Source: Eledone cirrhosa
Taxonomy: Eukaryota
Assembly: GCA_964016885.1 (NCBI GenBank)
Contig: OZ024741.1
Span: 163,866,001 to 163,930,000 of the forward strand
DNA: 64,000 bases
Reading direction: 5' to 3'
The position numbers were made by a program, and so were the translations under genes. Position 1 is the stretch's first letter; each line of letters begins with the position of its first letter. Below the pieces are notes generated by a model that ran no database searches, had not been told where the DNA came from, and saw only the letters and a program-made list of their open reading frames with translations. This document shows, in pieces, positions 1 to 13,308 of the stretch.

Positions 1-459
1 CGTCTCCTCCGCTTTATGCTCTGGTGCACGCGCCTTCCTTCTGTTCCGTTTATGTATAGCTAAACGCCGATTGGGGGGCGTTGGTAATAGGCCATCGCTA
101 TTGCTAATCTTATAGTTAGAGAATAATTCTAGTAGGCTACAGCAGCTACCGTTACCAGTATGGTGACCCTTATAGTGCGGTAGGTTTTCTACACCATCAC
201 TCATGTAATTAACAGTGCGACTGTGTTCCTTAGTGCGATTCTCTATACTATAGTTCATGACTCTGTCTTGGCCGCTGCGTACTCGGTTATAGGTATGGCT
301 TACTATAACATTAGTCCTGTGATGGGGTGGTTTCTAGAGCTAGCGTTAAGGATGTAGGAGATTCTTCGGTTAAATCCGGCATTTAGCAAGGCCTTTGATG
401 TAACTGTAACCTTAAAAACCCTCCTGGGTCATATACTGAACACCTTTTAGTTTTCTATG

Positions 460-497
460 CCCTTGAGAAGCCCTTTTCGGGCAAAACGTACGTAGGG
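460..497 (+). ncRNA. Degenerate minimal type I hammerhead motif (U3-A8 core, G12->A)
   Basis: CCC-TTGAGAA-GCCC ttttc GGGC-AAA-ACGTACGT-A-GGG. Stems I, II and palindromic III are present but catalytic G12 is replaced by A, so probably inactive. Confidence 0.5.
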
Positions 498-550
498 GCT
501 TTTATATAAACATGTTTTAACGGTTTATTCTCCTTTGTAATCATTTCACT

Positions 551-829
551 TATTAGGAACTTAAAGATGAGTTAAGCGATGAAACATGAATGTCTTCTCA
601 TCTAATTTAGAAATGTTATGATTGTCTCTTAAGCTATATAAAATTACTAGGGAAATATTGGGATTGGCTGTTGAACAATATAAGATCACCGGAGGACGAT
701 TCGGTCCTCAATACCTCTCTTTGGTTTAATGGAACATAAATCTATTCTGGAAAGGTTTGTCAGTATTAAGATAAAATAAGCACCTCCATGCAAAGCAGAC
801 TATTTCTGGCATTTCAATATGATGAGACT

Positions 830-871
<42 letters not shown>

Positions 872-1500
872 CATGTATATATGTGTGTGTCCGCATGTAT
901 CTGTGTGTTTCTAAATATAATAACTCCCTCTGGTCGAGCAATCTTTGAAGTGTGGGGACAACTGGAAAGCTTCCATTACTCATACTTCTCGCCTTCTTCA
1001 CCACCTCTTCTGCGGCCTCGATATGAATACCCCCTCCGCCTCCGTGGTATTTTCTTCGTGGTTATAGGAGGCTTAGCTCTGTTTCTCGACTGTTATATCG
1101 CGTGACTATCTCCCCCTCCGCCTTTTGGGATTCTTTCTCACGTCGTGTAGACGCGTTCTTGAGACTAGTAAAATGAGGTATCCTCTTGATAAGTCGGCAG
1201 ACCTCGCAGGGACTCTATGTCTTTATGATATATTGTTTTTGTTTATGCCACGAAACTACGTAGTCGAGGAATTTAGGAGCAGTTTAGGTATGATACATTT
1301 TATTACTAATTATATCTAAATGTTTCTTCTCTCTTCATAATGTATTTTTAACTCTGATACTGGTTCAGTCTAGTTCAACTGAATTGGTCTGTCCCAGTCA
1401 TTCATTGAGCAACATCGGTGAAGTTGGCACCCTTAACTCACAGTTGGGTGCGGATGCATTCATGTATATATGTGTGTGTCCGCATGTATCTGTGTGTTTC

Positions 1501-1549
<49 letters not shown>

Positions 1550-1566
1550 GTATATATATATACATA

Positions 1567-1618
<52 letters not shown>

Positions 1619-1936
1619 TTATATATATATATATATATATAATATATATATATATGGAGTCTCATTATATTGAAATGCCAGAAATAGTCTGCTTTGCATG
1701 GAGGTGCTTATTTTATCTTAATACTGACAAACCTTATCAGATTAGATTTATGTTCCATTAAACCAAAGAGAGGTATTGAGGACCGAATCGTCCTCCGGTG
1801 ATCTTATATTGTTCAACAGCCAATCCCAATATTTCCCTAGTAATTTTATATAGCTTAAGAGACAATCATAACATTTCTAAATTAGATGAGAAGACATTCA
1901 TGTTTCATCGCTTAACTCATCTTTAAGTTCCTAATA
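551..1936. repeat. Inverted repeat of about 280 bp (551-831 vs 1656-1936) with (TA)n inner borders
   Basis: tattaggaacttaaag...gagactcc is the reverse complement of ggagtctc...ctttaagttcctaata with only a few mismatches. A 50-bp direct repeat lies inside (about 869-917 vs 1458-1508). Confidence 0.92.
1181..1270 (+). ncRNA. Type I hammerhead ribozyme, U3-A8 variant with extended stem II
   Basis: TCCTC-TTGATAA-GT.GGCA...TGCC-AC-GAA-ACTACGTAGT-C-GAGGA: 5-bp stem I, palindromic stem III, GUC triplet. Confidence 0.8.
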
Positions 1937-2470
1937 TTTTATCGGTAAAGCATTTATTTCAGAAAATTGTTATCAGCTTCGATAATTTAATCTTTGTCAG
2001 AAGAATATGGTAGAGAAATATTAACTGGGCGTCATTGGAGTAGTAATATGAAAGGAAGGGCAGATTTCTATTGTAACAGTGTAGCAAGATAAAAATAAAA
2101 CAATTTTTTTATTGTAATATCAAAAAACGCAGCACATATTAAGTATTATTTGAAAAACTTAGTTGAATTATTCACGGCGCCATTTTTACTTTTTCTCTCC
2201 GCCAAATCATATTCAATCATTTCAAAATTTATGTTAGGTTTTATCATTTTTGCTATTATTTTCATTTGAGAATAGGAACTATAGACAGTGAATATGGACA
2301 TAAAGTTAAAATAATTTATTTTACTGTAAAATTACTTAATTAGCGTGAGCTCCTCTTCTACAATTACACTGTTATCACTTTCTGATTTATTTTTCTAACA
2401 TTCTTCCTTTTTTCCCGTTCCTCATCTCCTTCTTCCCCCATCACAGCCCTATCTCTCCCTCTTTCTCTGC

Positions 2471-2611
2471 CTACATACATACATACATACATACATACAT
2501 ACATACATACATACATACATACATACATACATGCATATATGCATACATACATACATATATGCATACATACATGCATGCATACATACATACATACATACAC
2601 ACACACATACA

Positions 2612-2642
<31 letters not shown>

Positions 2643-2854
2643 TTGCATACATACATACATATATACATACATACATACATACATACATGCATGCATGCAT
2701 ACATACATACATACATACATACATACATGCAGACATACATACATACATGCAGACATACATACAGCATACAAACATACATACAGACATACATGCATACATA
2801 CATACATACATACATACATACATACATACATACATACATACACACACACATACA

Positions 2855-2885
<31 letters not shown>

Positions 2886-3153
2886 TTGCATACATACATA
2901 CATATATACATACATACATACATACATACATGCATGCATGCATACATACATACATACATACATACATACATGCAGACATACATACATACATGCAGACATA
3001 CATACAGCATACAAACATACATACAGACATACATGCATACATACATACATACATACATACATACATACATACATACATACACACACACATACATGCATAC
3101 ATACATACATATTTGTATACATACACACATACCTACATACATACATACATACA

Positions 3154-3184
<31 letters not shown>

Positions 3185-3265
3185 TTGCATACATACATAC
3201 ATATATACATACATACATACATACATAAATACATACATACATGCATGCATGCATGCATACATACA

Positions 3266-3296
<31 letters not shown>

Positions 3297-3341
3297 TTGC
3301 ATACATACATACATACATACATACATACATGCATGCATACA

Positions 3342-3372
<31 letters not shown>

Positions 3373-3622
3373 TTGCATGCATACATACATACACACATAC
3401 ATACATACATACATACATACATACATACATACATACACACACACATACATACATACATACATACATACATACATACATACATACATACATACATACATAC
3501 ATGCATACATGCATACATACATACATACATACATATTTGCATACATACATACATACATACATACATACATACATACATACATACATACATACATACATAC
3601 ATACATACATGCAGACATACAT
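2471..3622. repeat. (TACA)n microsatellite with a 243-bp higher-order duplication
   Basis: Variant landmarks recur exactly 243 bp apart (atttgca 2641/2884; acagcat 2761/3004). Confidence 0.95.
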
Positions 3623-3786
3623 AGGCGCGTACTTTCAGACAAACATATGATAAACTATATGCATTTAAACCATCATTATAGTTGTTATCGTAACTGATTT
3701 ATCTCTCCCAGTTTCATTTTGCCGTAATTTACCTTCGACATATAGTTTGATTAGCATGCTATTGATCTTTATTATAATAACTATAA

Positions 3787-3978
3787 GAGCGGTGGATTGG
3801 CAGTATCGGTAGAGGGTCGGACGCCATGCTTTCCAGCATAGTTACGTCCCTTTACGATCTCAGTTCAAATCCCGCCGAGGTTGACTTTGCCTTTCATCCT
3901 TACGGGGTCGATAAAATAAAGTACCAGTAATGCACTGGGTATTTGCTGGCCTTGTGCTTAAAGTAGAAACAATTATTA
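3787..3978 (+). mobile_element. tRNA-derived SINE (Nin/Deu-domain-like body)
   Basis: A-box-like TGGCAGTATCGGT, B-box-like GTTCAAATCC, conserved GCCTTTCATCCTTACGGGGTCGATAAAATAAAGTACCAG body and (ATT)n tail. About 10 copies in the window. Confidence 0.88.
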
Positions 3979-3990
3979 TTGTTGTTGTTG

Positions 3991-4170
3991 TTGGCAGTAT
4001 CAGTAGAGCATCAGACGCTATGCGTTGCTGTACAGAGTTACGGCCTTTTACGGTCTGAGTTCAAATCCCGCCGAGGTTAACTTTGCCTTTCATCCTTACG
4101 GGGTCGATAAAATAAAGTATTAGTAATGCACTGGGTAATTGCTGGCCTTGTGCCTAAAGTAGAGACAATT
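3991..4170 (+). mobile_element. tRNA-derived SINE, tandem second copy
   Basis: Same head, body and tail as 3787-3978. Confidence 0.88.
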
Positions 4171-4368
4171 ATAATAACTATAACTCCTTTCTGTATGTTA
4201 ATCAAAGGAAGTCTAAATTCTCTCAAAGATGTTCGTATCCCTATATGTCTATCTGTCTATTTCTCTGCATGTCTAACTACCTACCTATTTGTCTATAGGT
4301 CTATCTGTTTGGCTATCTAGCACTCCTCTGTCTCTCTCTGTCTCTTTGTCTCTCTGTCTGTCTATCTA

Positions 4369-4410
<42 letters not shown>

Positions 4411-4977
4411 ACCTCTCTCTCTAGTGCTCTTTCTATATCTACCTCTCTGTTTATTTAACTGGTTTTTATCTGGTCTCTTTGCCAATCTCTTTACCTATCT
4501 CTTTATATATCCACTTACTTATCTATCTCTCTATGTATCCATATATTTATGTATATTAACAATTGGCAACAAAAACAACAACAAAGCACGAAAGACAATA
4601 ACAGGCCGAAGATAGATAGATGTATACATAAAACAAAGTGATCGTACTTTAGTGGATATGTGATATTGCTTAAAGAAAATATGGAAGAAAATTATTGTAA
4701 TTCAGTTAAATATAAAATGACAATCAGCAAATGCCTGAATGATTACCATTTTTCAGATGCGAAGCTGAAACAGCCCAAGATAAAACAAACGAATGATTTG
4801 AGCTTTTTTCTGTGACAGAGAAAAGAGGGTAATAGCCCTGAAATATCATGCCATAATACACTCGGTAAAACATTACTTTACTTTGTTTTGTTTTGATTCA
4901 TTTACCATCATTAGCCCTTCGTATTTTTTACTGCATTGTACCAGCTTTTAAAAATCTTATCGGTCATTTAATATATA

Positions 4978-5014
4978 CTAGCAGAAAAACCGCTTTCATG
5001 CGGTTTTCTGCTGG
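4978..5014. repeat. Mini palindrome CTAGCAGAAAA(A)CCGC...GCGGTTTTCTGCTRG
   Basis: Related to the palindrome at 16833-16869; resembles Helitron 3' ends. Confidence 0.6.
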
Positions 5015-5099
5015 CATATGTAGTGTGTATATTGGTATTATACGCAAATATATATGCGTATATATATATGTAAATTGAAAAGTAGATTGACAATATCTT

Positions 5100-5745
5100 C
5101 TTCACCCACTTATTTCTGAGAGGGTCGTGGGGGCAGAGTCCTTCTCAAACACTCCTTCCAGTGAGTCTGTCAGTAGCAAACATCTTTAACTGATCCAGCT
5201 GGATCCCAAAGCGTGATCAGCCAAGCTCATGGATGTTATTCAACTATCTTCCTCAGGGTCTACCTCTGGGTCTCTTGCCGGTTGGTTTTGCCTTTAAAAT
5301 GTGTCCAGCGATTCTTTACTGTGACATTCTAACCACATGCTCATAATATCGGAGTTGTGCTATCTCAATTCGGAGAAGTAGCGGCTCTACCAGGAGAGAC
5401 TCTCTGGTCTCTGAGCTATGCACCTTATCGAGTAACGTTACTCCAAAGACTCTTCGGAGGAATCCCATTTCTGCCGCTTTTATTTGCAAGTGTATTCTTT
5501 TGGTCATTACTCAAGATTCATGATCCTCGGTAAGAGTTGGCAGGAATACCAGGAAGACAGCGAGCTTGGCTTTTACACCTACCCCCTTCTTCTGATTGCT
5601 GAATGCCGAAGCTGGCGCATTACTGCATCAGCGTTTGCAGTTCTTGCACTTAATTCAGTCTCCTGCGTTCCATCACTCATGAACATGGTTCCAAGATACT
5701 TGTACTTCTCTAACTGCTTCAGTAGAACTCCATTCACATGTATAT
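5100..5745 (-). mobile_element. RTE-clade LINE 3' fragment (decayed)
   Basis: Peptides KYKYLGTMFMSDG...ARTANADAVMRQL and AAEMGFLRRVFGVTLLDKV...IEIAQLRYYEHVVRM match the RTE post-RT region; frameshifted. Confidence 0.82.
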
Positions 5746-5944
5746 AAATTTGAGGGACTTCTGTCCAGCCGTCCATTACGCAATGTGTATGTGTGTTTGT
5801 GTGAATGTATGTGTGTGTAAAAGGAAGGAAAGGGATACACACATATGTCTAACTTAAAAACAGTGACACACACACGTGTCTCTAATTTAAGGAAACCGAC
5901 AAACTCACGCGCGCGTACATACACACACTGTCCCATTACCACTT

Positions 5945-6590
5945 AAGAGCTTTGGGCCGGGCAAACATCCCCTCAATTTTGGAACCGTCTGGGTTGTCCA
6001 GAATTGATGGGAAAAGACTTGACGGTCTTACTCTGTGCTCCTGGTCAAGCGGCAGGTGCCTTACATGGGACATCACAGTTAGTGATTCTTTTGCTTCTTC
6101 CCACATCCTGGAGGCAGCGGTAAGGGCGAGAGCTACAGCATCCGCAGCTGAACAAAACAAAATCCTAAAATACCGTCTTCTGTCAGCTAACTACATTATC
6201 CAGCCTGTGTCGTCAGCGGGATTCCTATCTTCATTGGCGGCTCGCCAAACAGAGGTAACTGGTGATGCTCGTGTGGGCACTTGGTTGTTCCAGCACCTCA
6301 GCCTCGCCATCACCCCAGGTAACGCTGCGATCGCGTTGGCTTGCTTCAAAAATTATTAGAGAGGTTTCCCAGTTCTCCTCGCTATATTGCTATCTTTTGC
6401 TCTGGTAGCGGCTCGTTTTTCCACTCTTTCGACTGCATTTTGTTATATGTGTGTATTACGTGATTGTGTATTTTTTCTCTTTTTTTTTTTTCCTTTCCCT
6501 TTCCTTTGTATATATTTTATTTGTTAGTGTTTTCGTTCTGTAACCATTATATTAAATTTTTATACAAATGAGCTTTTAAGAAAAAAAAGT
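5945..6590 (+). mobile_element. CRE-like non-LTR retrotransposon 3' end (restriction-like endonuclease remnant)
   Basis: ORF 5952-6359, EPSGLSRIDGKRLDGLT..WSSGRCLTWDITVSDSF...AAEQNKILKY, fits the RPDG..W..G..WD.T...K..KY RLE motif. T-rich 3' UTR and A tail follow. Confidence 0.78.
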
Positions 6591-7662
6591 TAAACTGTGT
6601 TGTTAATATATAAATAAAAAGTTGTACATTATATTCTCCCATTTCCAATTCACCGAACGCTATCATGACTGTATGTGTGTGTTTGTGTAAATGTATATGT
6701 GTGAATGTATGTATGTGTTTGTGTAAAAGTATGTGTATTTGTGTGAATGTATGTCCGGGAGCATGTATTTTTGTAAGTTTGTGTTTGCGCGATTATAGTT
6801 ATATTCTCATAATAGTTATATACTCATACATATAGATGTATGTATGTGTACATACATACGCGTCAGCGCGTGTTGAAAATCACAATCACTCTATTAGTAT
6901 CTCTCTCATCACACACTCTCTCTTTCTATATATATATATGGTAGTTGAAGTGGTGGTGGTGGTGGTGGTGGCGGCGGCGATATACCTGAAGTGTAGAAAT
7001 TTGAAACTTTGAACAGAAGTCAATTTTAAATAAGCAATAAAATTATTTATATTAAATTTAATCAAAACTTAGTACATAAATTACGTAATATTCATTCATT
7101 ATTTATTCAAATTAATGAGAGTGTGAGTGATAGAAAATGCGGCATTCATTTTAATACTAGACGCAAGCACGCAATGTTGCAGTTGCTGTATTATGTTACT
7201 GCGATGGTACAGCTGCTGTTGTTGATGTTGTTCTTGGCTTTCTTGATGTCAGCCGTGGTTAATCCTGACTGATCAACACATTGAATAACATTTTCCTGCC
7301 ATGAACCTTATGGTTATTCTCCAGAAGAATAGCATCCTCTTCATGACGGTGTTATTATTTTTAAGAGATTTGGCTGTTATCTCTAGGACCACTAGTAAAT
7401 ACGTAGAAGCCTCCGTTGTCTCATATATATTTAAGTCATGTATATAAACATTAAATATATTCAGAAGCTGAAATCCAATTGTAAGTTTATGGGAGAGGAT
7501 ACAATCAGTCTGTTTGTATCATTGCGTGGTTCGAGGAAGGGAAAACTTTATTAAGTTGTTTAAACTAAATTATGGATTATTTGAAATAGAAATCTAAAAG
7601 CTCAATAGTATAATGAAGTACTCACGCACACACAAATACACGTGTATATAATGTGTGTGTGC

Positions 7663-7774
<112 letters not shown>

Positions 7775-8051
7775 ATGTATGTACGTATACACAATGTCAC
7801 GTGCATGCGAATGTCGAGAAAGGTCCAGAGTATCTCCTGGAAAGAAGATATAACGAATAAATCGTTCTACAGTTCATATCCCTGCCTTTCTGACATCATA
7901 AAATGACAGACGCTTGCATTAGCTGGAAAAAGTGAAACCTTAAAGCTGTTACCTATAAAGAAAAGATAATCTATATTAGAAAATGTTATTCTATCTGCTC
8001 AACGCTTTTATATATATATATATGCGTGTGTGTGTGTGTATATATATATAA

Positions 8052-8198
<147 letters not shown>

Positions 8199-8350
8199 CC
8201 ACTTTTATAGAAAATATATCATACACAAAACGCCACCACCAACAGTTTTGCAAGAGATGTCAACATGAATGGAACTGTTATTTTTATCTACAGACATTTT
8301 TTCCAATTCAAACCCGCCCGTCCCCTCAATCTATCTTATTTCTCATTCTT

Positions 8351-8386
8351 TCTTCTGATGAAGGACTAGCGTCCGAAACGTTAAGA
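8351..8386 (+). ncRNA. Minimal type I hammerhead ribozyme in a 270-bp island between (TA)n tracts (8193-8465)
   Basis: TCTT-CTGATGA-A-GGAC tagc GTCC-GAA-ACGT-T-AAGA: canonical core, 4-bp stems I and II, palindromic ACGT stem III typical of PLE minimal HHRs. Confidence 0.85.
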
Positions 8387-8480
8387 CCCTCGTCCTGCTA
8401 TATCAAGCGTTAACCTAATATATCCCTTCCATGTACTGTACCGATTGTGTTTACGCTTTACATATGTATATATATATATA

Positions 8481-9031
8481 TGGTGGCTGCCAACTCGTTT
8501 TCGAGTACGGCCACTACTTTATATCCATGTAGGAGAACCCTACCGATGCGCTGAACGAGTGTGGCTTTTTAGTCCAGCCAGCGACTTGAAAACTCTGGTA
8601 CAAACACTACACTTGTGACAATTATTGACACATAGAGCTGGGCCCATGGTACCATGTGACGACAAGTGCAGAGAGATCTCCAGATATAAAGCAATGCCTG
8701 TGCTGTGAAGCAAAGGCACTGCACAAAGCCAGTCTCACTCTCTTAACCAAGATGATATTTACCAAAAAGAAGAACAAGTCAACATCATTGGATACCATCA
8801 GAGTTGCAGGTGTTATATCAGAGTTTTCCTTCTCCTAGAATTCTGCCTTGACAAAAGCTAAGGGGTCATCTCTCCCGGTGATTTTGGATGGCCATTCACT
8901 CTTAAGAGCTCCTTTGCCCTTTGACAGGTTTTGTTTTTAGTCCTGCAGGATGTCCAAAGTCACCCTCCTCACCAAGAAACCTTGGTGGGGTTGCCAGTTT
9001 AGTCGCCAACGACCCGACCATGGGACAGGTT
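8481..9031 (-). mobile_element. Bipartite non-autonomous RTE derivative (5'-truncated copy)
   Basis: Homologous to 47302-47910 and 47984-48501. Minus strand 8620-8540 reads CHKCSVCTRVFKSLAGLKSHTRSAHR* (C2H2 finger like an RTE ORF end), followed by a CTCG-AAAA-CGAG stem-loop and microsatellite tail. Confidence 0.78.
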
Positions 9032-9138
9032 GTATATATATATATATACATATATATATACATGTATATATACATAATCAAGGTTTAGCAAATAAGAAAA
9101 AGTTACAAAATAAATTTTAAAAAATTCACTGTACTCAC

Positions 9139-9205
9139 TATGGTTACCTTTACCGAATCGGTTTCGAGGCTCAAAAATAAATGGACAGTCCTTGCGGCCT
9201 TCCAT
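9139..9205 (-). CDS. Candidate first coding exon of an unidentified host gene (MEGRKDCPFIFEPRNRFGKGNH, phase 1)
   Basis: AAAATGG start context and GTGAGT donor at 9138-9133 in unique sequence; no homology recognised. Confidence 0.3.
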
Positions 9206-9421
9206 TTTAAAGATAAACTATCGTCAGAAGGTTCTTTTCACTCGGAGAATATAAAATTCCCGAGTTCAAATTACGAACTGGCGCTATTCAAAATTGTTCC
9301 CGAGAGGAGAATGAATGATGTGGAAGCAATTCTATCCAGTGCCGTGTGTAAAGATAGAAGCAGAGGCAGGGAGGTCAGTCTACTACCACTATAAATAGCA
9401 GCAGTCAAAACGACCAAATTT

Positions 9422-9502
<81 letters not shown>

Positions 9503-9678
9503 GCAAACATCACGGACGCTCTATCTCAAAATGATTTTTGAAAAGCATTAGAAATGCGCAACCGGTAAAACTTAAAACCAAAACTGAATACTAACCAATA
9601 CTATTACTAATTCTCACTTATTCCTAATTAAACTATTTTTCACTGTGAACAATTTGTCAGCATTTTCTTTTCCGTTTA

Positions 9679-9736
<58 letters not shown>

Positions 9737-9772
9737 TATATAAATATATATATATATTTATATATATATATA

Positions 9773-9810
<38 letters not shown>

Positions 9811-9836
9811 TATATATATATTTATATATATATATA

Positions 9837-9920
<84 letters not shown>

Positions 9921-10183
9921 AGAGGCGGTAAGTCTGAAGAGATTGGAGTGATTGTGCATATATTTCCGAGTGTCTCTCCAATTTATTTGTATTTATACCT
10001 TATTATATGCGGTATTCTTCTAAAGTTTATATTTTACCTTTCATTGAGCGCCCTCTCTAAGTCAATTTGCGCGGAGAAATATTTTTGCTACACTGGCGTA
10101 GTAATTCATTCGTATGAAATGAAAACTATAACTATGCACATACATACATACAAACATACAAAATACACAGTCACATACACACA

Positions 10184-10219
<36 letters not shown>

Positions 10220-10376
10220 CATATATATATATATACACATACATTTATATATATATATATATACATATTTATATAAATATATGTATATATATGTGTGTGA
10301 CTGTGTGTCTGTATGTGTTTGTGTATATGTGTCTGTATGTATGTGTGTATGTATATAAACTGGAACGACCGGTCAA

Positions 10377-10389
10377 CAAAATGGCCGCC
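10377..10389 (+). promoter_or_regulatory. YY1-type motif CAAAATGGCCGCC overlapping a candidate start codon
   Basis: Matches the AAAATGGC(G/C)GC YY1 consensus often found just downstream of transcription starts. Confidence 0.3.
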
Positions 10390-10417
10390 CCATATTTAAC
10401 AATTCGAATCATGCAAG
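10381..10417 (+). CDS. Candidate first coding exon (MAAPYLTIRIMQ, phase 1)
   Basis: ATGGCCGCC start and strong CAAG|GTAAGC donor at 10418; phase-compatible with the candidate exon at 31362-31392. Confidence 0.3.
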
Positions 10418-10844
10418 GTAAGCAATGAGAAGTTTTAAAACAACTGACAGGTGAAAAAAATCTATTCATAGCTTTTGTATTCGTTTTTTAATACTCATTG
10501 TTTTTTCGTTTAATTCTTTTAGGGGTGCGGAGGTGAGCATTTTTTTTTTTTTTTTTTCAACTTATTCTCTTTTGTGTGTGGAAGGAGGGAGTGTTCTCGA
10601 ATATATCTTTTAGGTAGAAAGACATAGAGTGTGGCCAGGAAATCTACTTAATGTGGTGGTGAAAGACACAGAAAGCAGAGCTTAGCACACTCAAATATAA
10701 TTGAATTGTAGGGATAGAATAAATCAATAGCTTATGCCTATTTGCATCTAATTTAATATGCAATTCTCTAGCTATAATAAATGTCGCAGAAGAAGAGTAA
10801 GAAACAAACTGGTTCATTTTACACACACACACATACACGCACGA

Positions 10845-10947
<103 letters not shown>

Positions 10948-11052
10948 TAGATATATAGATATATACATATAAATATGTATAGACGCACACACACACACAC
11001 ACATATATGTATAGATATATAGATATATAGATATATGTGTGTGAATATTTGA

Positions 11053-11091
<39 letters not shown>

Positions 11092-11357
11092 GAACTAAAA
11101 GAAACCAGTGGGCGAATCGATTACATCTTGTATCATTGTGTATGATACCTACGTATAGGTAGATGCTTGTGTATGGAAACTATTTTGTGGAAGTAAATTC
11201 ATACACAGTACACAGATTGTCATGCGCAGGTTGAAGCATATATCTTTTTATTGTGTTTGTATGCGCACGCGTGACTGCGTGTGCATGTGAAGACATATTA
11301 GCTTATCCCTCGATAGAGAGGTGAGACATAGTGTATATGCCATAATATGGTGTGTAT

Positions 11358-11437
<80 letters not shown>

Positions 11438-11440
11438 GTA

Positions 11441-11495
<55 letters not shown>

Positions 11496-11628
11496 AAAGT
11501 GAGGTTTTTTTACAAAATGAAAAATAACCGAGGTGTGCTACACGAGTGAAAGTATAAAGAAAATAAGATGAAATCGAAAATGCAACTGGAGTCTTATTTT
11601 TAAAAAAATATATATATTTATTTGGTTC

Positions 11629-11664
11629 CTTTACCGGTTTCGCAGTTCTTCTGCTTTTCAAAAG
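11629..11664 (-). ncRNA. Minimal type I hammerhead ribozyme, U3-A8 variant, in island 11493-11743
   Basis: Minus strand CTT-TTGAAAA-GCAG aagaa CTGC-GAA-ACCGGT-A-AAG: palindromic stem III and GUA triplet. Confidence 0.75.
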
Positions 11665-11740
11665 TAGAGTTGAGATGGAGGGTCTGTGGTTTTTCTCATG
11701 TATGTAAAGGGTAAACAGAAATAACAACACAATCGGTACA

Positions 11741-11805
<65 letters not shown>

Positions 11806-11849
11806 ATAAATGTGTGTACGTATGTGTGTGTATTATATATAATGTATTT

Positions 11850-13308
11850 TTCTAGGGCGGGTAAAATTCCCGAGATCCATGGACGAGTTCTCTCCAGCGG
11901 TCTCTGTCCCTCATTATTGCTGCCATGTCCTGCATCTCCAACAGACCAATGTCTGTCCTTAGGGTATCAACATACGTTAACCTTGGTCTTCCTCTTCCAG
12001 TGTGTCCATGTAGAGGTTCCCACAGGAGCACTGAGTGCAATGTCAACTCTGGATATCGGTGAGCATGTCCAGCTAACCTCAGTCTCCTCTGTGTTACTTT
12101 TGAGCTGACTTTTGGGAGGCTCCCATACAGCTCTGAGTTTTTCATCCTCAGTGTATACTGATTAATATTCACAGCCATCCTCAGCATTCTAGTGTAGTAC
12201 CCATCCACCATCTGAGTGAGTTTCTTGGTCAGTGTCCAAGTCTCAGACCTGTACAGCAGCACAGACTCAACTACAGCAATGAAGAGCCGGATTTTAAGGT
12301 CTTTACGAAGGTCCGACTTCCACACCGATCTCAAGCTGTGGCGCGCCGCCCAGGCTTTGCTCTTCCTCTCAACCACATCATCTTCCGTATTCCCAATCTT
12401 TACTGCCAAATACAGGAAGTCCTCAACCAATTCCAGTGGCTTCCCGCCTACATTAGTGATCCCCTCTGGCTTCTCAACATTCTCTACCAGATATTTTGTT
12501 TTAGTCTCATTCATTCTCAGCCCCACACTCATCAACACAGTCTCAACCTCCCGCATCAAATCCTCTGCCTCCTTCACTGTATTTGTCACCAAAACTATAT
12601 CGTCGGCAAATTCAGCATCTGATATCTTTTTCGCCTTACCTCTCCTGCTCTGAGCCGGTGCTACAGTAAAGCCAGAGTCCTGGTGTTTCTCCAGTACAAG
12701 GCGCATACAACAGTCCACTACGATTATAAAAAAGTAGGGAGCCAATGTATCTCCCTGTAGCACTCCAGCCAGTATCTCAAAGAACTCTGTCATCCCGTCA
12801 GGTGTAATGACTTGGGCTTTGGTGTTGGTGTAGAGCAGTGATATCAGGTCCACTATCTTCTTGGGGATTCCATAAGCCTGTAAGATCTTCATCAGGCAGT
12901 AACGGTCCACAAAATCAAAGGCCTTCCTAAAGTCAATGAAAACCATGACCGCAGGAAGGTACTTTGCTCTAGCTCACTCTAATATCCTCCTCAGCATCAG
13001 GATGTGACTGGTGATTGATCTTCCCTCTCTGAAGCCGTTCTGGTTGTCCCTGAGCTTCTTCTCCATCTCAGGCTGGATCCTGTTATGAATCATCCTGTTG
13101 AGGGTATTTGCCACAAGTGACGTCAGTGAGATCCCCTGTAGTTGTTGGTGTTAGAGATATCTCCCTTCTTTGGCACTGGGACGATGTTACTGATCCTCCA
13201 CTGATTCGGGGCAACTCCTTTCTCCAGTGCTTGGTTACAGAACCCCAGATATGATATCATCAAAATCACACGTCTTCATCACCTCTGATGCCACTCCATC
13301 TTCTCCAT
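11850..13308 (-). mobile_element. RTE-group (RTE-X-like) LINE reverse transcriptase fragment
   Basis: ORF 11852-12946 has FIDFRKAFD, GVLQGDTLAP, EFADD, FLYL and RRLRLAGH. Upstream QNGFREGRS-like motif with a stop codon; 5'-truncated. Confidence 0.9.

Noticed and set aside
556-600. Possible HHR in the arm of the first inverted repeat
   Set aside because: Stem III and GUC are present, but the core reads CTTAAAGA and stem II is unconvincing.
2364-3697. Long ORFs of MYVC/HTYI repeats (also the YI-rich ORFs at 22 kb, 45 kb and 54-61 kb)
   Set aside because: Translations of (TACA)n, (TA)n and (TG)n microsatellites that lack stop codons by composition.
3787-3880. tRNA gene at SINE heads (also 47039-47061)
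   Set aside because: A/B-box-like motifs only, with no complete cloverleaf; these are SINE heads.
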